From Rhodosorus marinus CCMP1338 (lineage: Eukaryota > Plantae > Rhodophyta), in contig JAMWBK010000009.1 of assembly GCA_029953675.1 (NCBI GenBank), positions 1,736,001 through 1,800,000 of the forward strand: DNA of 64,000 nucleotides. The letters run 5' to 3'. Every line of letters begins with the position of its first letter. Position 1 is the stretch's first letter. The translations under genes and the position numbers were made by a program. Below the pieces are notes generated by a model. The model did not search any database. It saw only the letters and a program-made list of their open reading frames with translations, and had not been told where the DNA came from. Shown one piece after another: positions 61,120-64,000 of this stretch.

Positions 61120-62085
61120 AGACGCACAGTCCCTGTTCAGAAAAGCCAAGAGCGGACGCCGCTATCCACGAGCTAAAACGCAACGCTCTAGATTTAAGTC
61201 TTCTCCTAGAAACGAAGAAGGATATCTCCTGTTGCAAAAACCTTTGACCTTCGAGGAACGTAACCCCGTTCCTAGCAAAAGCTGCAAAGCTCAGTACCCT
61301 CCCTCTTGGCGGATTTCGGACAAACAATTTTATGCTTGAGGTCGCTTCTCAAGCTTGGCACTCACAACACGTGGCTTTAAGGCGGAGGTCCTCTTTCGTC
61401 GTGCTTTCTTCTATTCGCTCGTCAATTTCCCCGGAAACCTGGTCTCCTTGCACCCCAACCCTTATGGTGAAAGCTGGTGCCTCCGTAAAACGGCTTCCAG
61501 ATCTCTTTCCAAAGTCCCTAAACAACCGCTTCAGCATGGCGGTGGTCTAGACGAACCTTTTGTTTTTAAATAAATTTACGATGTGAAAGTGGGGATTCGG
61601 ATTTCCAGTGCATGGCACAAATGGCATCTTGAGGTGGGAGCACTGGTTTGGTTGAGGGGTTCTCCGCTCGGGAGTAGAAATGTTAGAATTCATTGAATAG
61701 ACTTCGTAAGCACAAATTTCTGCTAGAAAGTATCTGGTAGTCTCGGTTTCCACCGCCACGACGCGTGAGATTAACTCCAGCGACGGAATTTGTGTTGGAA
61801 CGCACTAACGGGGTCTGCCAGCAGCGTTGGCTTGTACAAGTGATGCGGGAGCATCATGGCCATGCTCGAGTTGAAACCAGAGGAAAATCGGAGCACGAAA
61901 AATGACAAATTCAAATCCGTTTCGATCATGTTCTTTTACCATCTCTGTTCCTTGTTCGCTTGTGCAGACGGTAATGGCAGTACTTCCCTTTCCCACAGCC
62001 TTGTTTCACCGCTCGCTCGCAAGCCATCCGATCAAAGCTCTGTGAGCAAACGCTGAGATCGTCTGTTGGACGAAAGACGAGCTTA

Positions 62086-62877
62086 TCATAGCGTTTCTTT
62101 GAGAAAATCGAGGCTCAGCTGGACGGCTTTCTTTACGCCTGCTTCCACTTCTGGCTTGGTGGCGTCGCCACGGTTAACCCACCCATGCTGCATGTCGTCA
62201 AAGTTGACTACTTTGCATTTGTCCGCAATTTCTGGTTTCGCTTTCAAAGCTGTGATTATTGAACCGCCCTCTCGCACCCAGTCCTTGTCGTTACCGGCGG
62301 AACAGAACAACTGGGGAATTGCAACCTTTTCCGCCAAGTCGAGCGCCTCCGAATGCCCGTTGAATACCATATGGTGAAGCTGATAGCTTGGGTGACAGCT
62401 GATGGCGGCTTGGAAAATCGCGGTTATCTCTGGGTCTCCGCTTGCCTCAAATACGAGGTATGCACCCCAACAGAAGCCCATCATACCAGCTTTCACAACT
62501 CCTTTGTCCAGCAGCAGGGGAACAACGCCCTGTAGTAAGTGGGAACGAAACGAACCGTGAAATCCATAGGTTTTGCACCACCAAGCAAGCTCGTCGGGCA
62601 TCTTGTGGTTCTCCATGGTATCCCCGCCAGCAAGAGACGGCATCACCACAAAATAGCCTGCGTCGGCCATCTGATCTGCTATTCCTCGACATCTTCCACC
62701 AAGATAATGGTAGATGTCTTGAACGATAACTAGACCCTTCTCCGTGGTGGATCCATCCAAAGGTCCGACAACATAAGCGTCTGCCCCGTTGGCCATCTTG
62801 ACAATCACCCCGCGGAAGCCGGACTCGTTCGACTTCAAGGCGGGCCATGACCCAGATGGGCAGCATCCTTCCGCCAT
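62086..62877 (-). CDS. Dienelactone hydrolase-family alpha/beta hydrolase (AIM2-like), single exon, 263 aa
   Basis: MAEGCCP start, VQDIY, GFCWGA nucleophile (Cys), HPS, SAGND and MQHGWVNRG, consistent with a Cys-Asp-His triad. Confidence 0.92.
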   Translation of the reverse strand: MAEGCCPSGSWPALKSNESGFRGVIVKMANGADAYVVGPLDGSTTEKGLVIVQDIYHYLGGRCRGIADQMADAGYFVVMPSLAGGDTMENHKMPDELAWWCKTYGFHGSFRSHLLQGVVPLLLDKGVVKAGMMGFCWGAYLVFEASGDPEITAIFQAAISCHPSYQLHHMVFNGHSEALDLAEKVAIPQLFCSAGNDKDWVREGGSIITALKAKPEIADKCKVVNFDDMQHGWVNRGDATKPEVEAGVKKAVQLSLDFLKETL

Positions 62878-63746
62878 TGCTGTGGAATCTCAAACTGCTT
62901 TATTCTCAAAATTTGATATCGAGCTCCCTCTTAACCCCAGGCTGCAGGTCCTTCACTTGCACAGGCAGATTGGTTGCTCTAAGCAGGGTTGGGTTGCAGT
63001 TTTGTGCTTGATTTTTTTGTATTGCCCACCAAAGAGCGAGAAAATGATGAAAACGTTTTTTTTAATATTCCCCAGGAAAAAGTGAGAAAACGATTAAAAA
63101 GGGGTAGTTTCGGCATGTTTGATATTTTGAGAATATAAATGGGGAGTACATGCGATTCCAAGAGTGCCGTGAGAGATTTGGCGGCTGGGAATCTGTTGTC
63201 AAGGGTGTTCCTAGGGAGCCGGAATACGCCCCTAATTTGTTCCTTGCCCTACGTTGGCCAATTAGCTGATCGACAGTGCCTGAGCGAACGAGACCCCCGC
63301 GCGCTCCAATCGCTCGTTTTTCGCGAGAACAAGGAAGATTTTGAGGGCTTCGTGCTCCTCAACACGAGAGCTCGATACGCCGGCCAGAGCAACGCCAATC
63401 ATGCGTGTAGTAGTGAACCCCTTGCCGGATTGCAAAAGAACTCGCTGCTTGCAACTCGATTATTTTGACCATCACGTTCACATCATCGCACACCGGACTA
63501 GCCTGCAACTGGTCCGTGACGCAGTGCACGCAGGCGCATTCCATCCCACTCCCGGCACCCTCCCTCCCGACGAACGAATCCACGCGGTCAAGCTCTCTGC
63601 GACCACTTGAGTATGCGGATGAAATTCCGCCATCGGCCCGAGGACCCCCCCCCGGGCAGCACTGATCCATGAACGCTTTACGAAAGGACTCCCTAGTAGA
63701 GCCCGTCAAGAGTGAAGAAGGAAGCTTTCTATTCGTTAAAAAGCCC

Positions 63747-64000
63747 CTAACGGGCTGTGTGGCTACGGTCTATTAGAGGGAGGACCTCATAGTTCACTTC
63801 GCCAATTCGCCGCGCCTGGGTAGCCAGTAGTGCATTCCCCTTCCATAGGGATCGATTGAGCGTCGCCCGTGCTTCAGTGATTTGTGTGGATGCATGCTGC
63901 AAGTGCATAGTCACCCCTTTCAAGAATTCATCAGCTTGCTTCCCCATCCTCCCGAACGTGTCCCCGTGGAACGGCAAGAAGATGTCGTCGTTGCGACCTT
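63747..64000 (-). mobile_element. 3' end of an RLE-type (CRE/NeSL/R2-like) non-LTR retrotransposon ORF, continuing past the right edge
   Basis: ...DIFLPFHGDTFGRMGKQADEFLKGV...LNRSLWKGNA... fits the F.P...[DE]T.G..G..A..FL ... L.[RK]GNA tail that follows the restriction-like endonuclease. The frame is open from the window edge to the stop at 63747. Confidence 0.6.

Noticed and set aside
63139-63709. ORFs 63359-63709 (-) and 63341-63610 (+) next to the retroelement tail
   Set aside because: No recognisable domain; probably the element's 3' UTR or decayed repeat sequence.

Overview
Eukaryotic, gene-dense, roughly 50% GC DNA with short GT-AG introns (56-181 nt where I could define both ends, often with a CTAAC/CTGAC branch point). 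Plastid-type transit peptides (xAFV/MGF), plant-type glutaminyl cyclase, L-galactose dehydrogenase, glycolate oxidase and CMT1/PAM71-HL point to a photosynthetic eukaryote, most plausibly a unicellular red alga (inference). About 20 host genes can be modelled: QC, ADP/ATP carrier, SYLF/Ysc84 protein, glycolate oxidase, TraB-domain protein, L-galactose dehydrogenase, NEDD1, GNAT, gamma-COP, RPL10, multi-FKBP/TPR protein, MFS transporter, classical PTP, PEX3, an ABC ATPase, VPS23, CMT1, a GYF protein, dienelactone hydrolase and 2-3 orphans. There are three transposon-related pieces: a MULE-derived mini-ORF, a hAT relic and the 3' end of an RLE-type non-LTR retrotransposon. The most unusual items are (1) a prokaryote-type NitT/TauT-family ABC ATPase with an AAA-associated C-terminal domain, carrying six predicted spliceosomal introns and no permease partner in the window; (2) an intact in-frame MULE fusion of the N-terminal DNA-binding region to the C-terminal zinc knuckle with no catalytic core; and (3) a nested perfect palindrome with a flipped-loop copy at 46649-46727. 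I saw no tRNA, rRNA or CRISPR array. All gene models and family calls are by eye and from recalled motifs; no searches were run.
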